From Bugula neritina (Eukaryota; Animalia; Bryozoa), in the NCBI GenBank assembly GCA_964035545.1, contig OZ037765.1, positions 8,008,698 through 8,072,697 of the forward strand: 64,000 nt of DNA, given 5' to 3'. Below are positions 28,701-40,678 of the stretch, one piece after another (position 1 is the stretch's first letter; each line of letters opens with the position of its first letter). Both the position numbers and the translations under genes were made by a program. Below the pieces are notes generated by a model. It was not told where the DNA came from. It did not search any database and was given only the letters and a program-made list of their open reading frames with translations.

Positions 28701-29330
28701 GTGTTATGTTCAGGCTCGATCATGATTCAACAAACATTAGTGCAATGGTGTTCAAAATAGAGACAGAGAATACAGCTGACAGGTAAATTCCACACTTACT
28801 AATTTAATACATTTCAAACATATTTAAATTATTTTTATTTTCATCTCTGTAGTGATAAAAGTCAGTAGATCAAACCATGTGTGCCTTGCTAAATATAGTC
28901 TCTAGTATGAATTAAAATGACTTCTCTGTATACTATTTGCTCAAAAGTTGCATTTTGCTGCATATTGGGTAAATGTTAGATTTTTTCCAGCATGTCTTTA
29001 ATAGATCAAAAAATTGAATTCATGCCTAATGAGTGGTATGTGCTTTTATTACTGTTTAGTGTGTTAGTAGTGCATTTTAGCAATTACTTTATTCATTTTT
29101 ATGATGTTGCCATAACTATATATAATGTCCTACAGAATTATCTATAGTTATAGCTGGAGGCTGTCTTAAATATTATTTTTGAGTTTGTAATAGTAATTAT
29201 ATAAGTATACTACCAAGTATACAGATATATATACTATATACATACTTGTAAAACTCTTATGAAACAGTGTTTATTTTTTCTGACAATTTGTAGATGGATC
29301 GAGACAATGACTGAGAGCACGAAAGCCTAA
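16786..29330 (+). CDS. FGD6: FYVE, RhoGEF and PH domain-containing protein, FGD5/6-like
   Basis: Exon 1 [14 protein letters not shown] (16786-16850) resembles the FGD6 N-terminus. A long Ser/Pro-rich exon follows (~18378-19649), then a DH domain ([41 protein letters not shown]), PH1, FYVE ([30 protein letters not shown]), PH2 ([15 protein letters not shown]), and stop TAA 29328-29330. Confidence 0.9.
21289..21467. repeat. 33-bp minisatellite (17+16-nt subunits) in an FGD6 intron
   Basis: Alternating CATTACCCCAATACAGG / CATTACCCAATACATC, about 5 units. It explains repetitive ORFs 21284..21553 and 21312..21566. Confidence 0.9.
25941..26144 (-). mobile_element. tRNA-derived SINE, diverged copy
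   Basis: Reverse complement reads GGGAGAAGCCGTGGTCTAGGGGTTAGAGCGTTTGCCTTGTAAGC...GGTTCTAACCCC...GGCCATTGGTGATGTTAGGAAGAGCATTCAG. It is homologous to the copies at ~42822 and ~50247. Confidence 0.85.
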
Positions 29331-30149
29331 AATTTACCTTTAAAAACAAAGGCGTTTTTTGTTCTTCCATGTACATAATTAATTTTTTAGCTTGATTGTG
29401 CATTTTATTTATTTTTGTGAATATTTGCTGATATTTTCATCTTTATAATCAGATTTATGCAAGTGAATTTGCTCACAACGATAACAATTCTAGTTTCTAT
29501 TTAATGTGTAAAGGATATTGGTGCCAAAAGGAAGTTCTTAAAAAGTGACTTATTTATGTAACCGACATTTATTATAATATTTTTTATTTTAAATACCATA
29601 AATTACAATGTATATTTGATATTAGCTCTTATATGGAATTTTTTCTAAACTACTTGATATGCAGGACCATATCGAACAATACTTTAAACTAAGGGTTTTT
29701 CTTAATTCTGTAGACATAATGCTTTTTGTTACATAATGCTGTACTTATTAGATATTACTAATACCAACAATCATGTTAAAATCGTTATTCAAATCACTCC
29801 AATAAATTTTATAGTTTTAACTGTGTTCCATTTTCTATTAGTGTCGGATACTTGCAAGTTGCAATGTGGGAGGAGAGCATTATCAAATTGACAAAATAAT
29901 GTTCCTTTTAAATATCGGACAGTACAGTTAGAATAAAGTACCGCTAGTGTTTACTAGAGTTAGTGTTGAGAGCTATGAGTGCTTATCACTACTTTCAGGT
30001 GCTTTTTACATTCATTCATCAATATCTTCACACGCGTGTAATTGCATTCCTATTGTTCTACTATTGTTTACGCTTGAATAATGCTCATAATATGTCATGC
30101 CAGCATGGATTAAATCGTTTACAAGCCTGGTGTCTCTTAGCAACTTCTC

Positions 30150-30300
30150 AGTTTGACCAATCGTTGGACTCGACACAACGCTTCGTTAGCGGTTTGTAGA
30201 AATAATATAAAAGTTCTAGCTTTCAGTGCATTTATTCACCAAATCGTGCAAGTTGTGCATCTGAGCGCGTGCTGGATCAAACGAAGTTTACTAAGGTAAG
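30150..30300 (+). promoter_or_regulatory. Candidate ELOVL promoter / non-coding first exon
   Basis: Local CpG-rich patch in otherwise CpG-poor DNA, ending in a strong donor AAG|GTAAGA at 30296. The next + strand gene is ELOVL. This is inference only. Confidence 0.45.
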
Positions 30301-30388
30301 ATGGCTCAGCAATAATATATTTTTGACTTGATAAATATAATTATAAAACATATTCTACAATCAAAATTATTGTAGTGATCATAATTAT

Positions 30389-33300
30389 TAGTGGGGGTGC
30401 CAACATGCAAAAATGGGCGGGTGGAGCACATCAATACTAACCTTTGTTGCTATATATCACTGCAAAGCCAACATTCTACTGATCTCAGATCTGCGAGTAC
30501 CTTTTTTGTATCTGGGGGGGTTCTCTCGTGAGAGGGGTGGATATACAGGGGTTCAGCATTTTTCAAGGGGGGACTATGGAACTCTAAATATTTAATTTTC
30601 TGAGTAGTTTAAGTTTGACATTAAAAATATTTTCAAGGAATGTTGTACACATATGTAACTTTCTCTAACAGAAGTTTTGACCAAAAATAAAAAAGTGGGC
30701 GGAGCCTATAATATGACAAACTACTTTTTTGCATATACCGGATATTCTCTAAACTGCTACTTTTCTGTTCTAGCATTTAAAATGTTGATTTTTGGTATGA
30801 AAATACTCTATTGTGTTCTAATAATGCTCCCCAATTTTTATTACGTTCTGAACTATATAACATCTTTCCCAACCATGACAAATAAAAAACATAAAACGGG
30901 AGTTATCTCCTCCGTGAAAAATTATTGCATTTCTACCCAATAATATTGCTCTTTGTTGATAGGAACAACATTAGCATGATAAAAATGTATTCTTAGTGTA
31001 TTTATATTAGCTTATTGACTTATTTTGAATAATTGATTACGATCAATACTATTAAGTATTAATATTCAATATTTACTGTATAAATTGAGTGTCCGCAATA
31101 ATTAACAGACCACTAATATTCGATTTTTTTATTCATAAGTATAGTAACATAAAATATGGTTCATAAAAAAGTAATATTATGATTTCAGCATCACAAGCAA
31201 TTACTATGCTCTTTTATATCAGATATTGGTAGACATTTGTAATTGTATTTATTTATAAATAAGATAGTATTTAAAATTTTAATTTACAATAGATCAAGCT
31301 TTATTACAAAGTTTTGTTATCTCTAGCGTTTATATACCAAATTAAATATATTATAATTCTTCATCGGAACTGTGTTTGTTGCCATCATCATCATAATCAG
31401 GCTCTTTGTTTGAAAAAGAAGACTGGCCACTTTTGTTGTTGCAATCGAAACATTCACATAAACCACAGCATTTCATCATCAGGCGCTTGCATTTGCATGC
31501 TTTACTCTTACAGCCTGCTTTTTTGCATTTACATGCTGTTAAAATCACATCTGCGTTGCTCTCAAAATCATATTTTATCACAAAACTTAGTCAAGAGACA
31601 TTGCTGAATATGAAAAAGTCACTTGAGGATTCATGTAATCTAAATACAGCATGGCTATTGGCAAGACTTGCCCCAATCAAACTATTTCAATTGGACATAA
31701 GTCCTTCTACACATAACTGCCCCAGCTGGAGTAGCTTTAATGTAAGAAATTTGGTTGCCACAGAAGATAATAAAAGATCAGTCATTGGGTATTGCCCAAT
31801 GATTAATGCACCATCAACAGATCCATCAACAATTTATACAATCCTTCTGCAGCTAAAGAAAACTATGAAAGTTTTAAATCAGAAACATTCAGTAATTACA
31901 TTTGACCAAGCTATCTACAAGATTGCCAAAGAGATTCAATGGAAAAAACCAACTGAATTTTCAAACACAATAATTCGAATGGGCGGTTTTCATATCTTGA
32001 TGAATTACTTGGCAGCACTTGGCAAAATGGTAAAATCAAGCGGCCTCGCCCAAGTTCTTGTACACAGTGATATATATTCTGAAGTTACAGTGAAGCAGGT
32101 GCTATGTGGTAAGCATTATAACAGAGGTGTACGGGCACACGAGATTTTGTATGAGGCAATATCAAGGCAGAGACTAAAATCTCTTTCGGAATGGCTTCAA
32201 TAAAATGATCAGTTTGACCCATTAGAGTCTCATAATACGTATTTCTATTGATGATAACTTGCATGAATGGACCACTGTTGCAGATAAAGTTGCTACTGCT
32301 ATAAAAAAGTTTGATTCTCATACTAAATTAAAATCTAACCTTTCAATGTTCTGGAATTCCTACCTTCATGCAGTAGAAGCCATGTTGGGATTTATTCGAG
32401 CTGAGCGTAGTGGCAACTGGCAATTATATTTGGACAGTATGCAGGCAATGCTACCAGTATTTTTTGCGTATGATCGCACAAACTACTCAAGGTGGCTGCC
32501 TATATACCTTATTGATATGCTAAATTTGCCTGAATCTGCTCCAGAAGTTTATGGAATGTTTGCAAAGGGTTCATTCACCGTAAACAGGACAGGAAAAAAA
32601 ATTGCAGGTATGGCTCCAGATCAGGTCTTGGAGCAAACTTTGAACTGAGACAGTAAAACACCTGGAGGCATTATTGGCATTAGCAACCATAAAGAAGCTC
32701 GGACAAAATGGTTCTTAACTAGTCATATCAGAGCCCAACTGCTTTCTTTGCAAAAGGATTTTTGCCAAATAGCCTCACAGTCATCAACACTACACAAGGA
32801 AGACACAATTATTACAACTATGACGGATGAGATTGATACACAAGCAATTCTTTTTACATTGCAGCAGTTTGATGTTAAGTTGTTTAGCAATACTTCAACT
32901 GAACTTATTAATATTGCTACTGGAGTAAGTCCCGATGCAGAGACCTCCTTGTCAATAGTGACTGCTATGGCTCAGGGAGGAGAAATGGCTCAAAAGTTTT
33001 TTCAAGATAGACTTTTAAATACAATAAAACCATTTTACACTGCTATTCACCGGCTTAAAATCCCTTCCTTTGACTTTGTGGCTAAATCACTTCAATCGGC
33101 CATTAAACCAAATGTTCCTAAAATATCATTTGCTAAACTTCTCATAAGTGCCAAAAGTGCCAAAGATTTGCATACAGTTCTAGAGAAAGAAATTGGTCCC
33201 ATTCCTCTTGCTCTATTTACTGAAAACGGACAGATGAGAAAAACATGCAAATCGCAACTAATGCATATTTTGGAACAGAAATATCTTGGAAACAGGGTCT

Positions 33301-35578
33301 CCAATGATGATAGTCAACTGTCCACCAACAAATCGATCATTTTTGATGGTATGTGCATACTTCACTCGACAAAAACATCAGGCACTTTTTACAGCTATGC
33401 TCTGAAGATGTTGGAAATATTTCTTGAATGTGGCAAAGGATATACAAGGGTTGATGTAGTGTTTGACGTGTATTCTGAAACATCAATTACAGCACAAGAG
33501 CGTATTAGACGGGGTGCCCAATAGATGTGCTCTATTTCCATTATTCATAACAACCTGCCTGTTCCCAAAAACTGGAGTGCTTTTCTGAGCAATATTCACA
33601 ACAAAAATGAGTTGGTAGATTACATAGTGAAGGTGCATGGAGTAGACATATTGAGAAAATTCCAGCTGGTACATTTTTAGTGTGTAGCGCCAAAGAAGTC
33701 TGTGTTCTGCAAAACCATTATCGTTAAAATTGTAACAAATTGAAATCCAATCATGATGAAGCAGACACGAGATTAATCCTTCATGCAGCTGATGCACTGA
33801 GTGATTACGGTGATTTGGTAGTAATAAGATCAGTAGATACCGATGTTGCTATTATTGCGCTTAACATCATCTTAGTAATGTTTTAACTGAGCAGGCTAAT
33901 AAAGATGTAGTAATCTTCGTTGGAATGGGGAGTCACAAAAGATATATATCTCTTTTTGAATCAGCCAAAAAAATCTACAAAAATTTCTCAAGAATCTATT
34001 ATCACTCCATGCATTTACAGGTTGTGACTCAGTAAGTTCTATCTTCCGAATATCTAAAAAGCGTGCTTTGGAGGTACTTGAAAAGGAAAGCTATAATCTG
34101 TCTTTAGGTTCTGATGATTGGTCCCCAGTATCAGAAGAAACATACTTAGAGTGTGAATGATTTGTCTCCAACCTATATGGTGCCTATGATGATATCACTG
34201 AAGCAAGATATAAAATATTGGCTTTAAAAAATGTCTCCAGTGAAGCACAGCTACCACCTAGTAGGAATTCCCTAGAATATCACGTGAAACGAGCCAATTA
34301 TCAAGTTACACTTTGGCAACTTGCTTTTACACCTATTTTACTTCATCAGCCAATTTTTGACCATGGTTGGGATACTAACTTGACTCCAATAAAATATGAT
34401 TTTGAGAGCAACGCAGATGTGATTTTAACAGCATGTAAATGCAAAAAAGCAGGCTGTAAGAGTAAAGCATGCAAATGCAAGCGCCTGATGATGAAATGCT
34501 GTAGTTTATGTGAATGTTTCGATTGCAACAACAAAAGTGGCCAGTCTTCTTTTTCAAACAAAGAGCCTGATTATGATGATGATGGCAACAAACACAGTTC
34601 CGATGAAGAATTATAATATATTTAATTTGGTATATAAACGCTAGAGATAACAAAACTTTGTAATAAAGCTTGATCTATTGTAAATTAAAATTTTAAATAC
34701 TATCTTATTTATAAATAAATACAATTACAAATGTCTACCAATATCTGATATAAAAGAGCATAGTAATTGCTTGTGATGCTGAAATCATAATATTACTTTT
34801 TTATGAACCATATTTTATGTTACTATACTTATGAATAAAAAAATCGAATATTAGTGGTCTGTTAATTATTGCGGACACTCAATTTATACAGTAAATATTG
34901 AATATTAATACTTAATAGTATTGATCGTAATCAATTATTTAAAATAAGTCAATAAGCTAATATAAATACACTAAGAATACATTTTTATCATGCTAATGTT
35001 GTTCCTATCAACAAAGAGCAAAATTATTGGGTAGAAATGCAATAATTTTTAACGGAGGAGATAACTCCCGTTTTATGTTTTTTATTTGTCATGGTTGGGA
35101 AAGATGTTATATAGTTCAGAACGTAATAAAAATTGGGGAGCATTATTAGAACACAATAGAGTATTTTCATACCAAAAATCAACATTTTAAATGCTAGAAC
35201 AGAAAAGTAGCAGTTTAGAGAATATCCGGTATATGCAAAAAAGTAGTTTGTCATATTATAGGCTCCGCCCACTTTTTTATTTTTGGTCAAAACTTCTGTT
35301 AGAGAAAGTTACATATGTGTAAAACATTCCTTGAAAATATTTTTAATGTCAAACTTAAACTACTCAGAAAATTAAATATTTAGAGTTCCATAGTCCCCCC
35401 TTGAAAAATGCTGAACCCCTGTATATCCACCCCTCTCACGAGAGAACCCCCCCAGATACAAAAAAGGTACTCGCAGATCTGAGATCAGTAGAATGTTGGC
35501 TTTGCAGTGATATATAGCAACAAAGGTTAGTATTGATGTGCTCCACCCGCCCATTTTTGCATGTTGGCACCCCCACTA
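30389..35578 (+). mobile_element. AcademX DNA transposon, non-autonomous fold-back derivative with 1190-bp inverted arms
   Basis: Termini 5'-TAGTGGGGGTGCC...GGCACCCCCACTA-3' with 3-bp TSD TAT (30386-88, 35579-81); TAG/CTA ends and a 3-bp TSD are Academ hallmarks. Arms are 30389-31578 and 34389-35578. The interior encodes an Academ transposase + XPG-like nuclease + Cys-rich finger. Confidence 0.9.
31579..34616 (+). pseudogene. Academ transposase / XPG(PIN)-like nuclease / Cys8 zinc finger, N-terminally deleted, with multiple stops and frameshifts
   Basis: Transposase motifs TFDQAIYKIA, RMGGFHILMNYL, GKHYNRGVRAH, FIRAERSGNW, DQVLEQTLN. Nuclease motifs IIFDGM, VDVVFDVY, HDEADTRLILHA, VIRSVDTDV, HAFTGCDSVS. 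Then LPPS..HVKRANYQ and CKCKKAGCKSKACKC..CCSLCECFDCNN. Stops at 32201, 32646, 33522, 34158 plus frameshifts. Confidence 0.9.
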
Positions 35579-35691
35579 TATGCAGAAAAGCAGTGTTCAA
35601 CTAAGTTCAAACTATTTTTGTATAGATATTCTGTTTGAATGCTGTTAACTCTCCCTGGAATCTGTGAACAGCTCTGGTTAGCACTCTCACC

Positions 35692-38600
35692 ATGTTTGCT
35701 GATGGAATAGCTCCATATTTTCAAGTTGACCCAGGTAGGTGTTTTCTAGAGGTGGACAACAGCTCTGGCAAAAAAATGTTCAGTTTATAATAATGTATTA
35801 TTGTATGCAATGTTACAATTTATAAGGGATAAAGCTTTGAAAAAAATATATCGAGTATGGTACTCTAGATTTACACCTTGCCATTATTGATAAGAATAAC
35901 AGAGCGTAATACAGTATAATCCTAGATTTTTGAAACTGTCACCTTATTTTAGATTAATAAAATGATTGTTCAGTTTTTGAGCATATTATAGATTAACTTT
36001 TTGCAAATTCTCCGTACCTGCTTATCCATACAAACAAATTTGTCAACAGCCATAATTGGAAAGAAGAGGTAATACACTTAGCAAGGTACAGTCATATTAT
36101 ATAAACTAAACTTATAGTGTGAAAGCAAAGTGATCTTCACAAGCTAAAAGTTTGCATAATAATTATGTATTCAAATTACTTAGATCCAAGAGTTGATGGA
36201 TGGCCGTTGATGCACTCTCCTTACCCCACCCTTATCTTCACAGCATCCTATTTTATGATTGTATACTTGGGGCCCAAGTACATGGCAAACAGGGAAGCTT
36301 ATTCTCTCAAGACTTTCATCATCGTGTACAACTTTCTGCTTGTACTTCTTTCCATCTACATGTTTTATGAGGTACCTAACATTGAAAACTTTCATGAAAT
36401 ATCAAGTCGGGTGTTCTATTAACTAAATAACAAGACTCCTTATAAAATCATAATATTTAATTCATAGGAGCAAAAACTTGAGTCACAAGCAAAATTTAAG
36501 TCAAACACAATAATTTATGTCTATTTGAACAGCTAAATTTGAGTTAGGATAACATTATTTCTTTGTTAATCTCACATTGCTTAGAAATTATAATTTGTTT
36601 GTCAATTCTTCAGTTACAGCTGCCCCAGTCTGCCTACAGGCTACAGCTGGTAACTTTAATTGAGCCTCATGCATATTTATTCAAGACAAATACTAGTTCA
36701 GCATTTATAAGCAGTTATGGAAGTATTTCAGTAGCAAAAGTTCTTCAATTGACTTTGAAGATTTTGGCTTTGGGGCATTGGTTAAAATTTTTTGAGAACA
36801 TAACTTCTTCTGCTATGTTTCTCATCTAGGCTTTACTAAATAATGTTTCTGTTACTGTACCTCCTTTAGGTTAGCAAGTTTAACTTCCAAATGTTTTCAG
36901 TTTAACTCAGGTTCTTAGGGCATACAATTCCAATCTGTAGTTTTTGGCATTCTAAATTTGGTAGTATATAGCAAGTAGGCTTTTTAAATTTTTATATATT
37001 TCAATTACACATTATTATCTGCATTATTTTCATATTAGCGTTGTTTTTGGAAACATTTTGCGGCTCAACTTATCATATATTTGTCTCTGGTAATAATCAG
37101 ATGTATTTTTAATTGTAGTTTTTTATTACTACTTTTGCTAACCCAAAATTCAACATCTGGTGTCAACAAGTTGACCGATCTAATGATGCAAACTCTCTCA
37201 GGGTGAGTAATTTTACTAAATTAAAAGACATTAAATTGGGTGCTATGATCTAAAATAGTGCATATGGTGAAGACTTCTCTGTGCAACCAAGAGGAATGAA
37301 ATATAGAAAAGTTGTCCAACACCCACAAAATAATTTCTTTGAGAAAATTTTCATGTTTATGACATGCAAACAGCAGATTTCCTATAATATATAGCATAGT
37401 ATATTTCTATAGGAACAGAGCACACTAGTTTAGTGAAGAGTGATGTTGTACCATCCAAAGCTGAGAGATGTATGCATAGCTGTTAGTAGACAAACTCATT
37501 TCAAGTAGCATTGTACGTAGTTAATACAGGGGCACAGCCTAACATTGTCCTGAATATCAGCATTATTGTCTCAAACACTAATTGGATTTTCTTTTGCAGT
37601 TGGCCAAAGTGATTTGGTGGTACTACTTTTCAAAAGTGATAGAATTTATTGACACAGTAAGTTATTTTATTATGTATACTCCAACTGAATATATTCAGCC
37701 ACATGTTACCAAATCTTACTAAATTAACTACCAACTGGTACATCATTGAATTTTCCTTTAAATTTTTTAATGCCTCATAGTTGGTTCTCATCACCAAATT
37801 TTTTTATTTTAGTTCTTGTTTATACTAAGAAAGAAGAACACTCAGTTAACATTTCTGCATGTGTACCACCATTCTTCAACATTTGCATTGTGGTGGGTTG
37901 GCACAAGATATCTGCCAGGAGGTTGCTGTAAGTTTTATATTATACTATGTCTCAAGTTTTGAAACAGTGATTTGATATGTCGTATTTGTTTATCAGCTTA
38001 TCAACTATTCCAACTCATCCATATCCATCTATTGTACAGCCTAGGAAGGGGGGGGGGTTGATGTATTACCTTTTGCTTGGCCGTAAAGTTCTTAATGTTC
38101 ATGGGGAGTGATGCCTCCAGATCAGTTTTTGCTTGGTGGTGCTTCATAGTCTTGACTTATGGGTTGAGTACTCATTCTTACTCTCTAGTTACTAATGCAT
38201 ATTGATTTATGAATTCACAAGCTTTCAGCTCTGATCTTCTGCATCACCATTACATATACTGCATGCGCTCTTTCTCTTGCAACAGCACTTGCTATACCCC
38301 CCCCCCCCATCGTATTATTTTTATAACACAAGTTACACCTACCCTATACCATACATTACATGGACCAATTTCTCTAAATTCATAGTTGTGCTCTCTCTGC
38401 ATGGCAAGTAGAATAACTTTACAAAATTGTGACAACAAAAAAGACTATCTTTATTAGCTCACAGATGCTATTCTTTTGTAATAGTGATAGGACCAAGAAA
38501 CTGTTGCAAGTTTTCTTGTTTTTGTTATAGCTTTCTTTTCTGCCTTCCTCAACAGTGGAGTGCATATTTTGATGTATACATATTACATGCTCTCAGCAAT

Positions 38601-38973
38601 GGGACCTCAAGTGAGAAAGTATTTATGGTGGAAGAAGTACATGACTGTAATTCAATTGGTAAGTTTAGAACTTGCAAGATTCTTTTGAAACCACAATTTA
38701 CAAAGTCTCTTTGAAGTTAGTTACAGACTAATTAACTAGTGCGCATGCAACTTTATAAATTTACAGGCTCAATTCTGGATGATTATGGCTCACACTTGCA
38801 ATGCCATTTATATCAACTGTGGCTATCCCCAAGGATACGGAGTGGGGCTTATCCTGTTTATGGTCTCTCACATACTGCTATTTTCGAACTTCTACAACCG
38901 AGCCTATAGTACCACTGCAAAAACTATCAGAGCTTTATCACCAAGAGGAGAAAAATCTAAGAAGAGTGATTGA
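35692..38973 (+). CDS. ELOVL: Very-long-chain fatty acid elongase, ELOVL4/7-like
   Basis: Exons approximately 35692-35734 ([14 protein letters not shown]), 36184-36371 ([10 protein letters not shown]), 37119-37202, 37600-37656 ([14 protein letters not shown]), from 37813 ([16 protein letters not shown]), 38531-38658 ([17 protein letters not shown]), 38767-38973. C-terminal KKSD is an ER-retrieval signal. Confidence 0.93.
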
Positions 38974-39181
38974 TGGAAGTAGGAATATCAAGCTACGCAT
39001 TATGTTTACCATCAAAGATACCAGCCATTTGAACTAGGCACTCATAAACTAGGTCTATGCAATGTAATAGGAACTTACATACACACTACTCTATGGGCAG
39101 TATCTATGCAGAGAAATAACACATTTTGTAATAGTTTGTACTTTTTTTAATATTTATTTGGTGTTGGCCAATACAATAAAA

Positions 39182-40678
39182 TTATTCATCCGATGTAGCT
39201 GGTTTACCACCACCTCTTCCAAATCCACCGCCGAAACCTCCTCTCTGGAAACAAATAAACTCAATCAACTAAAATGATGTTGTGGACAATGAATATGGAA
39301 ACTGGTATGAGAATTTCAATGTCAGAAAGACTAATCATAACCATCATAGATGTTCTGGTTTAGGGTTGTGTCATCATGTACTGTATAATGCCGGCAGACT
39401 GAAAAGCAAATCAATAGTATTGAAACTTACAAACTGAATATCACCAGGAGCAGTAGTGCCGGCACCAGAGTCTGCCTTTTTGTCAGAGTCAGGAGCGCCT
39501 CTACGGTAATCACGTCTGTCTTCTCCACCCTGTGGCCTTGATGGTGCATCTACAGGGGAGAAATAAACATAAAATACAATTAGAATAATAACGGCATCAC
39601 CAACACTGACAACTACAGTAAAGCCTTTAGATTGAAAACTCCGCATTGAACATGTGACAAACCCACACAAATATTTCTGTATAGGTAATTTTAATGGACT
39701 TCAGGCTAACAGCAAAGTGATATACAATTTCAGAATATAGTGTAGACTTCTTTAATCAACTAATAATACCAGCAACAAATCAAGGTGGCTATAAAAGTCA
39801 TCAATAATTCAATTATGCACTGAAAAAGAAGCCCAAATATACAAGACACCATGTTTATTTAATAACAAAGACTCTCAAATCAAAACATACAGCTTGTATT
39901 CTTGGTGATAAATTATAATTTACCATGACAGGTTTCAGATGTTGATAAGCTTACAAGCATATTAAACTTTAGTCTTGGGCAATATGTTACTCTAGTGGAA
40001 AAAAATATTGCATTTTACAATGTAACAGAAAACAAAATTACAGCTTTGCAACCATAAATATTATGTAGGCAAAGTTAGTAAGCAATTGATTCATTAATGC
40101 ATTATAACTAATGCATTGATAAGCATGAACAAAGTTTCCAACAAATGAGTGAGTTTTGATTGCAGACATACCTCTGCCTCTGGGTTTGGAGGCATCAGAT
40201 CTGGCTTGACGTTTGAGAGTTGAGGGAACGATTTCAGGAGGTAGATGGAGGAAGTCTCTAAGATACTGTATTCCTTCATTTGTAAGATACCAGTAATAAT
40301 GACGCCATGCGAATTGTTCTTTAACATACCCTCTAGATTTTAATGACTGCAAAATATTAGTTTATGGGAAGTCAATAAAATTGACATGAAAACAATCACA
40401 AGTAAACCAGTTTTTCTCAGGTCATCAGTAAGACTAATCAAGGTCTTCATGTGGGTTAAGGTTAAAAACATTTTCACATCATATGTACTTCCTAACAGCA
40501 TATGAAATTTAACAAATTATTTACGTTACGTTCTCACCATCATAGCTTTGACTACATGAAGATTTGGTACTTCAATTGACCCATGTTTATCCATTGTGAA
40601 ATCTTTTTCAGCAACCAAGACTCCATCTTTAAATAGAGCCTCATATATAGCCACTCGGTTCTTCTTTGGCATCAACAT
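39182..40678 (-). CDS. RPS10: 40S ribosomal protein S10 (eS10)
   Basis: [30 protein letters not shown] / [41 protein letters not shown] / DRRDYRR..DKKAD / [11 protein letters not shown]. Four coding exons. Confidence 0.98.
39318..39382 (-). ncRNA. Intronic box C/D snoRNA candidate with a 28S rRNA guide
   Basis: Minus strand reads C box ATGATGA, D' CAGA, C' ATGATGG, guide GATTAGTCTTT, D box CTGA. The guide is complementary to conserved LSU rRNA GAAAGACUAAUC. It lies in the last RPS10 intron. Confidence 0.8.
40420..40486 (-). ncRNA. Second intronic box C/D snoRNA candidate, paralogous guide
   Basis: Minus strand reads ATGATGT (C-like), ATGAAGA (C'), guide TGATTAGTCTT-A, CTGA (D). It has the same guide and spacing as the 39318 copy and lies in an RPS10 intron. 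Confidence 0.65.

Noticed and set aside
30413-30943. Identical small ORFs duplicated at 35024-35554
   Set aside because: These are a by-product of the inverted arms and show no protein features.
30389-35578. CACTA/EnSpm or Tc1 (TA TSD) assignment of the large element
   Set aside because: CACTA appears at the 3' end (termini are TAGTG...CACTA, the reverse of EnSpm). The protein motifs, TAG/CTA ends and 3-bp TSD fit Academ.
38044-38310. Poly-G and poly-C runs ~250 bp apart as MITE TIRs
   Set aside because: Complementarity is limited to homopolymers and there is no TSD.
1383-38973. LSS + ELOVL as a lipid biosynthetic gene cluster
   Set aside because: They are separated by unrelated genes (NHLRC2, FGD6) and are ordinary housekeeping neighbours.
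39728-39806. Third C/D snoRNA in an RPS10 intron (TTGATGA...CTGA on minus)
   Set aside because: The boxes are present, but I recognised no rRNA/snRNA complement and no terminal stem; it needs snoscan.
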